Source: Bacilli bacterium (GTDB lineage: Bacteria; Bacillota_I; Bacilli_A; RF39; UBA660). From it: DNA of 64,000 nucleotides. Positions within the stretch are counted from its first letter, which is position 1. Every line of letters begins with the position of its first letter. The stretch spans positions 48,385 to 112,384 of the forward strand of contig JAFXTH010000004.1 of NCBI GenBank assembly GCA_017525035.1, given 5' to 3'. The notes beneath the pieces are model-generated. The model did not search any database, was not told the origin of the DNA, and worked only from the letters and a program-made list of their open reading frames with translations. The position numbers and the translations under genes were made by a program. This document shows positions 9,560-19,017 of this stretch, piece by piece.

Positions 9560-9588
9560 ATTTTACTATAAAAACGCGATATAATCAA
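9560..9588 (-). promoter_or_regulatory. Sigma-A-type promoter for ffs (and possibly tadA): -35 TTGATT (9583-9588), -10 TAAAAT (9560-9565), spacer 17.
   Basis: Read from the minus strand. The predicted transcription start (about 9553) coincides with the 5' end of the SRP RNA helix. Confidence 0.55.
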
Positions 9589-9612
9589 CAAAAAAGAGAA
9601 TTATTCATTCTC
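9588..9612 (-). terminator. Intrinsic terminator at the end of gyrA. The hairpin is GAGAAUgaauaAUUCUC and contains the gyrA UAA stop; it is followed by UUUUUUG.
   Basis: A 6-bp stem plus U-run read on the minus strand. It is AT-rich and therefore weak. Confidence 0.4.
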
Positions 9613-12204
9613 TTTTTCTTCTTCTGTTTCACGTGAAACATTATCCACAGTTTCTGTTAGTTCCACATTTTCTCCAATTTCATCAGTTTCTTCCATTTCT
9701 TCTTTCGCAATTATTGCGGTAGTAGAAACTTTTTGTTCTTCTTTTAATGAAATTAATCTTACTCCTTGAGTATTTCTACTTAATGTAGATATTTGATTAA
9801 TACTTATTCTAATAGTCATACCACTATCAGTAATAATAATTAAATCTTCATCTTCATATACTGTTCTTAATGATACTAAACATCCATTCTTATCAGTAAT
9901 ATTAAGAGTTTTAACTCCTTTGCTTCCTCTATGAGTTAATCTGTATTCATCTATTGGAGTTTTCTTACCATATCCTTTTTCAGTAACAATTAATACTTCT
10001 GCATTTGGTTCAACTACTTCTGCACCAATTACAGTCTCATCTTTTCCTAATTCTATACCTTTAACTCCAGAACTTCCTCTTCCCATTACACGAACTTCTG
10101 TTTCATTAAATCTAACTAATTTACCATTGCTTGCTCCGATGATTATTTCTTTAGTACCATCAGTCTTTCTAACTGCAATTAACTCATCATCATCCTTAAG
10201 AATTATTGCTTTTTTACCATTTGATCTAATGTTATCAAATTCTTCTCTAGCAGTTCTCTTAATTAATCCGCGTTTTGTTATGAATGTTAAGAATGATTGA
10301 TCACTTTCAGCGCTTATTGTTACAACTGAAGTAATTTTTTCTTCTTTTTCTAGTGGTAATAAGTTAACTATTGGTAATCCTTTAGCTTGTCTTGAGAATT
10401 CAGGTACTTCGTAACCTTTCATTCTATATACTTTACCTAAATTACTAAACATTAAAATATAATCATGTGTCTTCATTGATAATAGTTTTTCTGGGAAATC
10501 TTCCTCATTTGTAGACATTCCTTTAATACCAACTCCACCACGATGTTGAACTTTGAATGTATCATTAGTAATTCTCTTAATATATCCTTTATTTGTTAAT
10601 GCAATTAAGATGTTTTCTACTGGTATTAATGATTCATCTTCAATATAATCAACTGCTGTCATATCAATTGTAGTTCTTCTATCATCACTATATTTAGATT
10701 TTATTTCAAGCATTTCTTTCTTGATAATTTCTAATACTTTTTGTTCTGATGCTAGAATTGACTTCAATTCTTCTATTTCTGCAAGAAGTGCAGCAAGTTC
10801 TGCTTCAATCTTATCTCTTTCTAATCCAGTTAATCTACGTAATTTTAATTCTAGAATTGCATCTGTTTGAATTTCTGAAAGCCCAAATTTTTCCATTAAG
10901 CTTTCTTTAGCTTCAACATCAGTTTCTGCATTTCTAATAATTTTAACTACTTCATCAATATTATCAAGTGCTATCTTATAACCTTCTAAGATATGTACTC
11001 TCTTTTCATCTTTTGCAAGATCAAATCTTGTACGTCTTATAATAACTTCTTTTTGGAAGTCTATATATTTAGATATAATTGATTTTAAACTTAATGTCTT
11101 TGGAGTTAATCCATCAAGCATTAATAAGATAATTCCATAAGTAACTTGGAAATTTGTATGTTTATATAAATTATTTAATACTACTTGTGGATTAGCATCT
11201 TTCTTTAATGTAATTGTGATTTTTACTCCATCTTTTAAATCTGTATGGTAATCAGCAATTCCATCAATAGTTTTGTTATGTACAAGTTCAGCTACCTTAT
11301 TCTTTAATTCCATTGTATTAACACCATAAGGTACTTCTGTAATAACTATATTGCTATGAGAACCTTGATCTTCAATTATAGCCTTACTTCTAATAGTAAT
11401 TGTTCCTCTTCCTGTATCGTACGCTTGTTTGATACCAGAGTTACCTAAAATAAGTCCACCTGTTGGAAAATCAGGTCCTTTTATGTGTTGCATTAATCCT
11501 AAAGTGTCGATATCAGGATTATCTATGTATGCTACACATCCATCTATTACTTCACCTAAATTATGTGGTGGAATATTAGTTGCCATACCAACAGCTATTC
11601 CCATTGCACCATTTACTAATACATTTGGAAATCTTCCAGGAAGAACTCTTGGTTCTTTTCTTGTAACATCAAAGTTATCATCCATATCAACTGTATCTTT
11701 GTTGATATCTCTTAATAATTCTAGTGATATTTTAGCAAGACGTGATTCTGTATAACGCATTGCTGCTGCTCCATCACCTTCGATATTACCAAAGTTACCA
11801 TGTCCATCAATTAACATATATCTTTGGTTAAAATCTTGTGCCATTCTAACCATTGCTTCATAAATTGAAGAATCTCCATGTGGATGGTAATTACCCATAA
11901 CTTCTCCAACTGTTTTAGCACTTTTTCTGTGTGGTTTATCTGGAGTATATCCTGATTCATACATTGACCACAAAATACGTCTATGAACTGGTTTTAATCC
12001 ATCACGTAAATCAGGAAGTGCACGTGAAGCAATAACACTCATTGAATATTCCAAGAATGATGTTTTAACTTCTTCAACAATATTGTTTTCAGCTAAACTA
12101 TCTCTTTCATGAAAATATCCACCAAAATTGTTATCAACTTCTACTCTTTCAAGAGATTCATCGAATTCTTCATCTATTTGTTCTTTGTTTTCTTCGTTAT
12201 CCAT
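9601..12204 (-). CDS. gyrA: DNA gyrase subunit A.
   Basis: The 867-aa product contains [25 protein letters not shown], the active-site region (YHPHGD) and an acidic C-terminal tail. It also has an N-terminal acidic extension of about 40 aa. Confidence 0.95.
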   Translation of the reverse strand: MDNEENKEQIDEEFDESLERVEVDNNFGGYFHERDSLAENNIVEEVKTSFLEYSMSVIASRALPDLRDGLKPVHRRILWSMYESGYTPDKPHRKSAKTVGEVMGNYHPHGDSSIYEAMVRMAQDFNQRYMLIDGHGNFGNIEGDGAAAMRYTESRLAKISLELLRDINKDTVDMDDNFDVTRKEPRVLPGRFPNVLVNGAMGIAVGMATNIPPHNLGEVIDGCVAYIDNPDIDTLGLMQHIKGPDFPTGGLILGNSGIKQAYDTGRGTITIRSKAIIEDQGSHSNIVITEVPYGVNTMELKNKVAELVHNKTIDGIADYHTDLKDGVKITITLKKDANPQVVLNNLYKHTNFQVTYGIILLMLDGLTPKTLSLKSIISKYIDFQKEVIIRRTRFDLAKDEKRVHILEGYKIALDNIDEVVKIIRNAETDVEAKESLMEKFGLSEIQTDAILELKLRRLTGLERDKIEAELAALLAEIEELKSILASEQKVLEIIKKEMLEIKSKYSDDRRTTIDMTAVDYIEDESLIPVENILIALTNKGYIKRITNDTFKVQHRGGVGIKGMSTNEEDFPEKLLSMKTHDYILMFSNLGKVYRMKGYEVPEFSRQAKGLPIVNLLPLEKEEKITSVVTISAESDQSFLTFITKRGLIKRTAREEFDNIRSNGKKAIILKDDDELIAVRKTDGTKEIIIGASNGKLVRFNETEVRVMGRGSSGVKGIELGKDETVIGAEVVEPNAEVLIVTEKGYGKKTPIDEYRLTHRGSKGVKTLNITDKNGCLVSLRTVYEDEDLIIITDSGMTIRISINQISTLSRNTQGVRLISLKEEQKVSTTAIIAKEEMEETDEIGENVELTETVDNVSRETEEEKENE
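9625..9649. repeat. Motif A copy 4 plus a consensus DnaA box (TGTTTCACGTGAAACATTATCCACA), embedded in the last codons of gyrA.
   Basis: The 16-bp perfect palindrome TGTTTCACGTGAAACA is followed by TTATCCACA. On the minus strand it encodes ...TVDNVSRET... of the GyrA C-terminal tail. Confidence 0.9.
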
Positions 12205-12220
12205 TCAACTCCACTCCCTT

Positions 12221-14143
12221 CTAAATATCTAAGTTTTGAACGTATCCAGCATTTTCTTCTATGAATTTTCTTCTTGGATCTACTTCATCACCCATTAGTT
12301 TTTCAAAGATTGCATCTGCTGCTACACAGTCATCTACAGTTATTTTTCTTAATACACGCTTTTCTATGTCCATTGTAGTCTCGTTTAACTCTTCAGCGTC
12401 CATTTCACCTAATCCTTTCATACGAGCGATTTCTGCCCTGTTTCTGACGTTTTCAGGTAATGTATTTAAATAACTTTCTAGTTCTTGTTCATTTAGTACA
12501 TATTTTCTTGTTTTACCATGTTGAATTCTAAATAATGGAGGTTGTGCAGCATATATATGCCCTGCTTCAACGATTGGTTTAAAGAATCTATAGAATAATG
12601 TTAGTAATAATACTCTTATGTGTGATCCATCAACGTCGGCGTCGGTCATTATTACTATTTTGTCATATCTAAGTTTTGATAGGTCAAATTCTTCACCAAT
12701 TCCAGTACCAAATGCAGTAATTATTGTTCTAATTTCTTCATTTGATAATGCTCTATCTAATCTTGCTTTTTCAACATTTAATATTTTTCCTCTTAATGGA
12801 AGAATAGCTTGTGTCATTGAATCTCTACCTTTTTTAGCAGAACCACCTGCTGAATCTCCCTCGACTATAAAGATTTCAGATACTTTTGGATCTTTACTCT
12901 TACAATCTGATAATTTTCCAAAGAAGTTTGTTGTAGCTAAGTCACTCTTTCTTGTTATTTCTCTTGCTTTTCTTGCTGCATTTCTTGCACGACACGCTAA
13001 CATAGCTTTACTAACTATTGCACGTGCATCATCTGGATTTTCTAATAAAAATCTTTCAAATCCTTGTGCAAAAACATTATCTGCAAGTTTTCTTACTTCA
13101 GAGTTTCCAAGTCTTCCTTTTGTTTGTCCCTCAAACTGTGGATTTGGATGTTTACAAGAAATAATCATTGTTAATCCTTCTTTAACATCATCTCCAGTTA
13201 GAGGTTCATCTTTTTCTTTTAATATATTATTTTTTCTAGCATAATTGTTGATAACTCTTGTTAAGGCACGTCTTACACCTTCTTCATGAGTACCACCATC
13301 ATGAGTATTTATATTATTAACAAATGAATATATATTTTCATTGTATCCAGTGTTATACTGCATAGCAACTTCAAAGAATACTCCATCTTCTTCTCCATCT
13401 AAGTGAATAATATCTTCATGTACTGGAGTCTTACCAGTATTAATGAATTTAACATATTCACTAATACCACCTTCATATAAGAATGTTTGTCCTGTAGTAT
13501 CTTCATCATCTCTATCATCTCTTAAATTAATTGATAATCCTTTATTTAAGAATGCTAGTTCTCTTACTCTAACCATTAATGTTTCATAATTATAAATGTC
13601 AGAATCAAATATTTCAGGATCTGGTTTGAATGTTACTGTAGTACCTGTTCTATTTTTATCACATTCTCCAATTACTTTTAATGGCTCAATAGTATGCCCA
13701 CCATTTTCAAATTTCATGTAGTTAACTTTACCATCTTTGTATACTGTTACTTCTAACCATTTTGATAAAGCATTAACTACTGATGCACCAACTCCATGAA
13801 GACCTCCAGATACTTTGTATCCTCCTCCACCAAATTTACCACCAGCATGTAATACAGTATAAACTGTTTCTACTGTTGATTTTCCAGTTTTTGGGTGAAT
13901 ATCTGTTGGTATTCCACGTCCATCATCTTTAACAGTAATTGAATTATCTTTATTAATTACTATTTCAATATTATGACAAAAACCAGCTAATGCTTCATCT
14001 ATTGAATTATCTACAATTTCCCATACTAAGTGATGTAATCCTTTTACATCAGTAGTACCTATATACATTCCTGGTCTTTTTCTTACAGCTTCAAGTCCTT
14101 CTAAAACTTGTATAGAAGATGAATCATATTTTTCATTATCCAT
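12221..14143 (-). CDS. gyrB: DNA gyrase subunit B.
   Basis: The 640-aa product has the GHKL ATPase motifs ([19 protein letters not shown]), a Toprim domain ([14 protein letters not shown]) and [12 protein letters not shown]. Confidence 0.95.
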   Translation of the reverse strand: MDNEKYDSSSIQVLEGLEAVRKRPGMYIGTTDVKGLHHLVWEIVDNSIDEALAGFCHNIEIVINKDNSITVKDDGRGIPTDIHPKTGKSTVETVYTVLHAGGKFGGGGYKVSGGLHGVGASVVNALSKWLEVTVYKDGKVNYMKFENGGHTIEPLKVIGECDKNRTGTTVTFKPDPEIFDSDIYNYETLMVRVRELAFLNKGLSINLRDDRDDEDTTGQTFLYEGGISEYVKFINTGKTPVHEDIIHLDGEEDGVFFEVAMQYNTGYNENIYSFVNNINTHDGGTHEEGVRRALTRVINNYARKNNILKEKDEPLTGDDVKEGLTMIISCKHPNPQFEGQTKGRLGNSEVRKLADNVFAQGFERFLLENPDDARAIVSKAMLACRARNAARKAREITRKSDLATTNFFGKLSDCKSKDPKVSEIFIVEGDSAGGSAKKGRDSMTQAILPLRGKILNVEKARLDRALSNEEIRTIITAFGTGIGEEFDLSKLRYDKIVIMTDADVDGSHIRVLLLTLFYRFFKPIVEAGHIYAAQPPLFRIQHGKTRKYVLNEQELESYLNTLPENVRNRAEIARMKGLGEMDAEELNETTMDIEKRVLRKITVDDCVAADAIFEKLMGDEVDPRRKFIEENAGYVQNLDI

Positions 14144-15260
14144 TTCCTTTTCCCACCTTTTCTATAATGTTACCTTTTACTACTTTGAATATTTTAGCAG
14201 AAGATAAGAAATTTTTATTAATACCTCTAGTATCATTAGTAGTAACTATTACTTGAATATCATTATTAATATATTTAATTAATTTATTTCTAGTTTTAAT
14301 ATCAAGTTCACTAAATACATCATCTAATAATATTATAGGATTTGTATTAGTCATTTCCTTAAATATATTTATTTCTGATAATTTTAAGGCAATTATTGCA
14401 ACTTTTTGTTGTCCTTCTGAACCAAATACCTTTATATCATCCTCTCCTATTAAGAATCTTAGTTCATCTCTATGAGGACCATATAAAGTCATACCATTAT
14501 CAATTTCTTTCTTTAAAGAATTCTTATATTTTTTTTCTAATCTTTCTTTTAAGTTTTCTTCATTAAAACTATCAATATCAATATTAGGTTCATATATTAT
14601 ATGAAAGTTCTTAATACCTAATATATCTTCATATATTTTAGAAACATTATCATTTAATTGATCAATAAAGTTCTTTCTTTCAATATAGATATCTATCTCC
14701 CTTTCTATTAGATTTTCGGTAAGACTATCGAGATATCTTCTATCTGGATTAGAACTATTACTTAACATTTTTAAATAATTATTTCTAATTTTAAGTATTT
14801 TATTGAATTCATTATACTTTTTAATATAATTTTTTGATAATTGAGAAAGTTCAATATTTAAGAAATTTCTTCTTTCTGCTGGTGTTCCTTGAAGAATATT
14901 AATATCTTCAGGACATACTAATATAACATTTAGATTAGTAATATAATCAGATATCTTATAAATATCATTATTATTTACTTTTACTTTCTTTACTCCATCT
15001 TTAATTTCTACAGATAGATTCTTTAAAATATTATTATCTTTAGTCTCACCTTTTACTTTAGTAGCTGTTTCATTCTTCATAACTAAGTTTGAATCAACAG
15101 TTCTATAAGATTTAGTAAGTGCTAAAAAATAAATACTTTCTAATATATTGGTTTTACCTTGAGCATTATCTCCTATAAATAAATTTATATTTTTATCAAA
15201 ATCTATTTTTAATTTTTTAATATTTCTAAAATTTACTAGATTAATTTTTCTTAAAATCAA
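14136..15260 (-). CDS. recF: DNA replication and repair protein RecF.
   Basis: The 374-aa product has Walker A GDNAQGKT and an SMC-like signature. It sits in the recF-gyrB arrangement. Confidence 0.9.
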   Translation of the reverse strand: MILRKINLVNFRNIKKLKIDFDKNINLFIGDNAQGKTNILESIYFLALTKSYRTVDSNLVMKNETATKVKGETKDNNILKNLSVEIKDGVKKVKVNNNDIYKISDYITNLNVILVCPEDINILQGTPAERRNFLNIELSQLSKNYIKKYNEFNKILKIRNNYLKMLSNSSNPDRRYLDSLTENLIEREIDIYIERKNFIDQLNDNVSKIYEDILGIKNFHIIYEPNIDIDSFNEENLKERLEKKYKNSLKKEIDNGMTLYGPHRDELRFLIGEDDIKVFGSEGQQKVAIIALKLSEINIFKEMTNTNPIILLDDVFSELDIKTRNKLIKYINNDIQVIVTTNDTRGINKNFLSSAKIFKVVKGNIIEKVGKGNG

Positions 15261-15344
15261 GAATTTTTGTAAAAAATGCTCATATTCTCACCTTAACCTA
15301 TATTAGTATACCTATACACACAATATAATTATATCACAAATTGA

Positions 15345-15378
15345 GGTCTAAAACAAAGAAAAAAGGGAATTAATCCCT
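15345..15378 (-). terminator. Terminator-like hairpin (GGGAuuaauuCCC) that contains the ComK-like stop codon and is followed by a U-run.
   Basis: Read on the minus strand. The stem is weak (4 bp) but is flanked by A/T runs on both sides, so it may act bidirectionally. Confidence 0.3.
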
Positions 15379-15828
15379 TTTTTTTGCATTTAATCTCTTA
15401 AAAATTATTGATTCTAATTTTGATGATCGATAAATTTGATTTTCTAAAGATAATTTTGATATATCAAATATCATTTCTTTCCCATTTTTAAAGTAAATTT
15501 TAGTCTTATTATCTACTTTTTCAATTGATTTTATGCTGTTTAAATTAATCCAGCAACAATCATCTAATAATGATGACTTAATAGGAAAAAATATTAGTAC
15601 ACTACTTTCTTCTACTAATATTGGTAATTTGTAGCTGCAATCTAGTATTTTTTTAGCTCCTTCTACCCTACCCATGTAACTACTACCATAGTATTTACAA
15701 CTTTCATCCATTATTTTGTAAGCATCATTATCTAGTATTACATCATAATCTTTTTCAATAATTCTAGTTTTCCCCACATCTGTCGATATTACAGCGTAAG
15801 TATCTTCATTAATTTCATAACAATTCAT
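15370..15828 (-). CDS. comK: ComK-family protein (competence transcription factor homolog).
   Basis: The 152-aa product aligns with B. subtilis ComK across its core. CKYYGSSYMGRVEGAK aligns with CRFFGSSYAGRKAG. CCWINLNSIKSIEK aligns with CGWISHVHVKEFKA. YFKNGKEMIFDISKLSLENQIYRSSKL aligns with TFSNGKTMELPISYNSFENQVYRTAWL. Confidence 0.75.
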   Translation of the reverse strand: MNCYEINEDTYAVISTDVGKTRIIEKDYDVILDNDAYKIMDESCKYYGSSYMGRVEGAKKILDCSYKLPILVEESSVLIFFPIKSSLLDDCCWINLNSIKSIEKVDNKTKIYFKNGKEMIFDISKLSLENQIYRSSKLESIIFKRLNAKKRD

Positions 15829-15831
15829 ATA

Positions 15832-15859
15832 TATCCCCCTTTGTTTGAGGATATATTAT
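15832..15859 (-). promoter_or_regulatory. Hairpin (AUAUAUCC...GGAUAUAU) that overlaps the ribosome-binding site and start codon of the ComK-like gene.
   Basis: The minus-strand mRNA reads AUAUAUCCUCAAACAAAGGGGGAUAUAUAUG. The 3' arm includes the last Gs of the SD (AAAGGGGG) and the spacer before AUG. Confidence 0.4.
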
Positions 15860-15869
15860 CACTTTATTT

Positions 15870-15886
15870 TGTCGAAAATTGTCGAA
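15870..15886. promoter_or_regulatory. Tandem TGTCGAA repeats (15870-15876 and 15880-15886, 10-bp periodicity) matching the Spo0A 0A-box consensus, upstream of the ComK-like gene.
   Basis: The exact heptamer occurs twice. An overlapping minus-strand TATAAT lies at 15886-15891. Confidence 0.4.
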
Positions 15887-15903
15887 TTATATCGTAATAT
15901 TAA

Positions 15904-17034
15904 TTAATATGTTCTAATTGGTACTACTAATTGAAGTAATCCATCGTCTTTTGTATTTTTAATAACAATTGGTTTTACTTCTCCAACAAATGACATTTCA
16001 ACTTCTTCAGTACTTAATGCATTTAAAGCATCCATCATATATTTAGCAGAAAATGCAATAGTAATATCTTCTTTATTGTTCTTTTTAATATTCATCTTCA
16101 TTTCTGCTTTACCTTTTTCATTAGAAACTGATTTAACTGTTAATAAATCACCTTTTGTTGATAAAGATACAATATTTTTCTCTTTATCAGTTGTTAAAAT
16201 ACTTGCTTGTTCTATAACATTATATAATTGTGATAAATTTCCAGTTATAGTTAAGCTAAATTCTTCAGGTATAGATTTATTAGTTGGAGGATAATTTCCA
16301 TTAATTAATCTAGATTGAAATAATAAATCATTACTTTCAAATAAGATTTTATTGTTAAATACGTGTAATTTAACCTCTTCCTCACTAGAATCTAGTATTC
16401 TTGAAAATTCAATAATATTCTTTCCAGGAATAATTAAATTATAATTTTCTTCAACAGTTTTATCTAATCTTAAGTTCTTTCTAGCTAATCTATATGAATC
16501 TGTTGCTACACATTCAAGTAAATCACCATTAATTTTGAAGCTAATACCTGTTAACACTTCCCTTGATGTATCATTTGATGTTGCAAAAGCTGTTTCTTTA
16601 ACTATACTTAATAAATCTTTTGTTGTAATAGTTATAAAGTTTTCACTCTTCTCTAGATTAATATTTGGATAATCATTCTTATTAATAACATTTAAATCAT
16701 ATTTAATAGATTCATCATCTGTATATATAAGAACTTTAGTTTCATCAAATACTTCAATATTAATTTCTTCTGCAGGAATTACTCTTATTATTTCTACTAT
16801 ATCCTTACCATGAAGTATAACTACTCCTTCTTTTTCAACATTTATACTTTTCTTATCTATAGGTATAAATTTTTGAATAGTAATATCATTATTAGATGCA
16901 GTAAGTGTTAAGCCTTTTTTATCAAGATCAAACTTTATTCCTGCTAATGTAGGTATTAAATCTTTTGTTGCTATTGCTTTAGAAACTTTGTTAAGATTTT
17001 CTAATAATAAATCCTTTTTAATTTTTAATTTCAT
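15904..17034 (-). CDS. dnaN: DNA polymerase III beta sliding clamp.
   Basis: The 376-aa product lies immediately downstream of dnaA. It has a beta-clamp three-domain composition (MKLKIKKDLL...LQLVVPIRTY). AGAGGT is the ribosome-binding site. Confidence 0.9.
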   Translation of the reverse strand: MKLKIKKDLLLENLNKVSKAIATKDLIPTLAGIKFDLDKKGLTLTASNNDITIQKFIPIDKKSINVEKEGVVILHGKDIVEIIRVIPAEEINIEVFDETKVLIYTDDESIKYDLNVINKNDYPNINLEKSENFITITTKDLLSIVKETAFATSNDTSREVLTGISFKINGDLLECVATDSYRLARKNLRLDKTVEENYNLIIPGKNIIEFSRILDSSEEEVKLHVFNNKILFESNDLLFQSRLINGNYPPTNKSIPEEFSLTITGNLSQLYNVIEQASILTTDKEKNIVSLSTKGDLLTVKSVSNEKGKAEMKMNIKKNNKEDITIAFSAKYMMDALNALSTEEVEMSFVGEVKPIVIKNTKDDGLLQLVVPIRTY

Positions 17035-17159
17035 TTTTATTACCTCTTTCTTTTATATGATTTTCTTATTATAGGAGTGGAAAATGTTTATAACTATGTT
17101 TTAGCCTTAAATTATTGAATATTGCTTAACATTTAATCCACAATCCTGTTGATATTTTG
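17035..17159. promoter_or_regulatory. The dnaA-dnaN intergenic part of oriC, with a weak DnaA box TTAATCCACA (17134-17143) and AT-rich unwinding-element-like sequence.
   Basis: The position is typical of the second oriC half in Firmicutes. The boxes have 1-2 mismatches. Confidence 0.45.
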
Positions 17160-18542
17160 TTAATTATGTATATTTTTTTCTAGTTTATCTATCTCATCTG
17201 CTAAGCTTTTATTATTTTTTATTTCTTGTTCTATTTTCTCACAAGAATGCATAACAGTTGAATGATCTTTTCCACCAAATTCAATTCCTATTTTAGGAAA
17301 TGATTCATCAGTATGTTTTCTACATAAATACATGGCTATTTGCCTTGGAAATGCTATATTTGCATTTCTTTTCTTTGATTTTAAGTCATCAATAGATATT
17401 TTAAAGTAATCTGCTACTATCTTTTGAATTCTACTTACATCATTTTTCTCACTATATCCTGCATTTATATATTCTTTTAAAGCTTCAATTGCAAGATTTA
17501 TATCAATTTCTGCACCCATCATTGTGGAATATGCTATTAATCTTGTTAGGCTTCCAATTAAACTTCTTATATCTGTACCTATATTAGATGCCATATATTC
17601 GATGACATTATCAGGTATTTGTTTATTTATTGATTCAGCAGCTATTAATTTCTTATATATTGCTACTTTTAAATCAAAATCAGGAGGATTAATATTTACT
17701 GATAATCCCCAACTAAATCTAGTCCTAAGTCTATCTTGTAGTATATTTAAATCATTTGGAGATCTATCAGATGAAATAATAATTTGTTTTTCATCATTAT
17801 GTAATGTATTAAATGTATGGAAGAACTCTTTTTGTGATTCTTCTTTTTTTGCTAGATATTGAATATCATCTACTATTAATACATCCACATCTCTATATTT
17901 CTTTTTAAAGAAACTAATATTATCAAAATCACTTTTATTTTCATTTTTTCTAGTAATATCAATAAATTCATTAATAAATGTTTCACTAGTTATGTATAAA
18001 ACTCTTTTATTACTATGCTTTTCTATATAATTACCTATTGCATACATCAAATGAGTCTTCCCTAGCCCACTATTACCATATATAAACAGTGGATTATACA
18101 TTTTACCTGGGTTTTCTGCTACTGCAACCGCTGCAGCATGTGCAAATTTATTACTATTTCCGACTACAAAGTTTTCAAATGTATATTTTTTATTAAGATT
18201 TGATTCAAAGTTATTAGCTTCATTTTCTTCATATAAAGTATTTGCAAGGTCTTCTGTGTCTACGTTACTTAAAATTTCTTTCTCTTCTTCCTCTATATCT
18301 TCTTGTATAAGGAATTCAAGTTCAACCGTCTCCCCTATCTCTTCAATAAAACAAGAAGTTATTAAGTCTTTATATTTAGCTCTTAAGTGATCCTTATGAA
18401 GAAGCATTGGAACTATTATTTTTGCTACACCGTTATTTAAACTATATAATTTTGTATCTTGGAACCACGTTTCGAAGCTCAGAGAGCTTAACTCATTCTT
18501 GATTTTTGTTAAGATTTTTGACCATAATTCTGTGTTATTCAT
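17160..18542 (-). CDS. dnaA: Chromosomal replication initiator DnaA.
   Basis: The 460-aa product has the AAA+ motif GNSGLGKTHL and a C-terminal DNA-binding domain. It is divergent from rpmH. Confidence 0.95.
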   Translation of the reverse strand: MNNTELWSKILTKIKNELSSLSFETWFQDTKLYSLNNGVAKIIVPMLLHKDHLRAKYKDLITSCFIEEIGETVELEFLIQEDIEEEEKEILSNVDTEDLANTLYEENEANNFESNLNKKYTFENFVVGNSNKFAHAAAVAVAENPGKMYNPLFIYGNSGLGKTHLMYAIGNYIEKHSNKRVLYITSETFINEFIDITRKNENKSDFDNISFFKKKYRDVDVLIVDDIQYLAKKEESQKEFFHTFNTLHNDEKQIIISSDRSPNDLNILQDRLRTRFSWGLSVNINPPDFDLKVAIYKKLIAAESINKQIPDNVIEYMASNIGTDIRSLIGSLTRLIAYSTMMGAEIDINLAIEALKEYINAGYSEKNDVSRIQKIVADYFKISIDDLKSKKRNANIAFPRQIAMYLCRKHTDESFPKIGIEFGGKDHSTVMHSCEKIEQEIKNNKSLADEIDKLEKNIHN

Positions 18543-18893
18543 GTCATCAAGCCCCCCGCCTAATAATTACAAGAATTATTGTAGACTAAATGTTCAAAAA
18601 AGAAAAGAGAAAATCAATAAAAAAAATTATCAACAAGAATTGCACAAAGTTTTCCATAATTAATATCTTTTATTTATATATGTTATATAAGTTTTCCACA
18701 TTTTCCACAAATTTTTAGTCACATTGTGTAGAAATTTGTTTACAGATTTATCAACAATGTTGTTAATTATGTGAATAAGTTTAAAATGTTAACATATTTA
18801 TGTTGATAACTTTTTATTTTAATGATATCATTTTATTGACATTTAGAGATTTACTTTATATAATAATGTAGATTTTAGTTTGGAGGTGGAATT
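18543..18893. promoter_or_regulatory. oriC: oriC upstream region. It holds a cluster of DnaA-box-like 9-mers and an AT-rich stretch ending in the rpmH promoter.
   Basis: TTATCAACA occurs at 18628 and 18748. TTTTCCACA occurs in tandem at 18692-18700 and 18701-18709. The reverse boxes are TGTGAATAA (18770) and TGTTGATAA (18801). The region lies between divergent dnaA and rpmH. Confidence 0.7.
18836..18864 (+). promoter_or_regulatory. rpmH promoter: TTGACA (18836-18841), 17-nt spacer, TATAAT (18859-18864).
   Basis: Consensus -35 and -10 with ideal spacing, about 30 nt upstream of the rpmH GTG. Confidence 0.7.
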
Positions 18894-19013
18894 GTGAAAA
18901 GAACTTATCAACCAAATAATAGAAAAAAAGCTAAAAAACACGGTTTCTTTGCTCGTAAAAAAACAAAAGTGTTAAACAAAAGAAGAAGTAAAGGTCGTAA
19001 AAAATTAGTTTAA
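18894..19013 (+). CDS. rpmH: 50S ribosomal protein L34.
   Basis: GTG start with GGAGGTGG as the ribosome-binding site. The product [39 protein letters not shown] is the canonical L34 (39 aa). It is missed by the ORF track because it is under 60 aa. Confidence 0.95.
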   Translation: MKRTYQPNNRKKAKKHGFFARKKTKVLNKRRSKGRKKLV

Positions 19014-19017
19014 AATT

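Noticed and set aside
9601-12204. The 40-aa acidic N-terminal extension of GyrA as evidence of gene fusion or a mis-called start.
   Set aside because: There is no alternative in-frame start with a ribosome-binding site nearer the conserved core. Acidic N- and C-terminal tails are common in GyrA of AT-rich Firmicutes, so it is noted only in the feature evidence.
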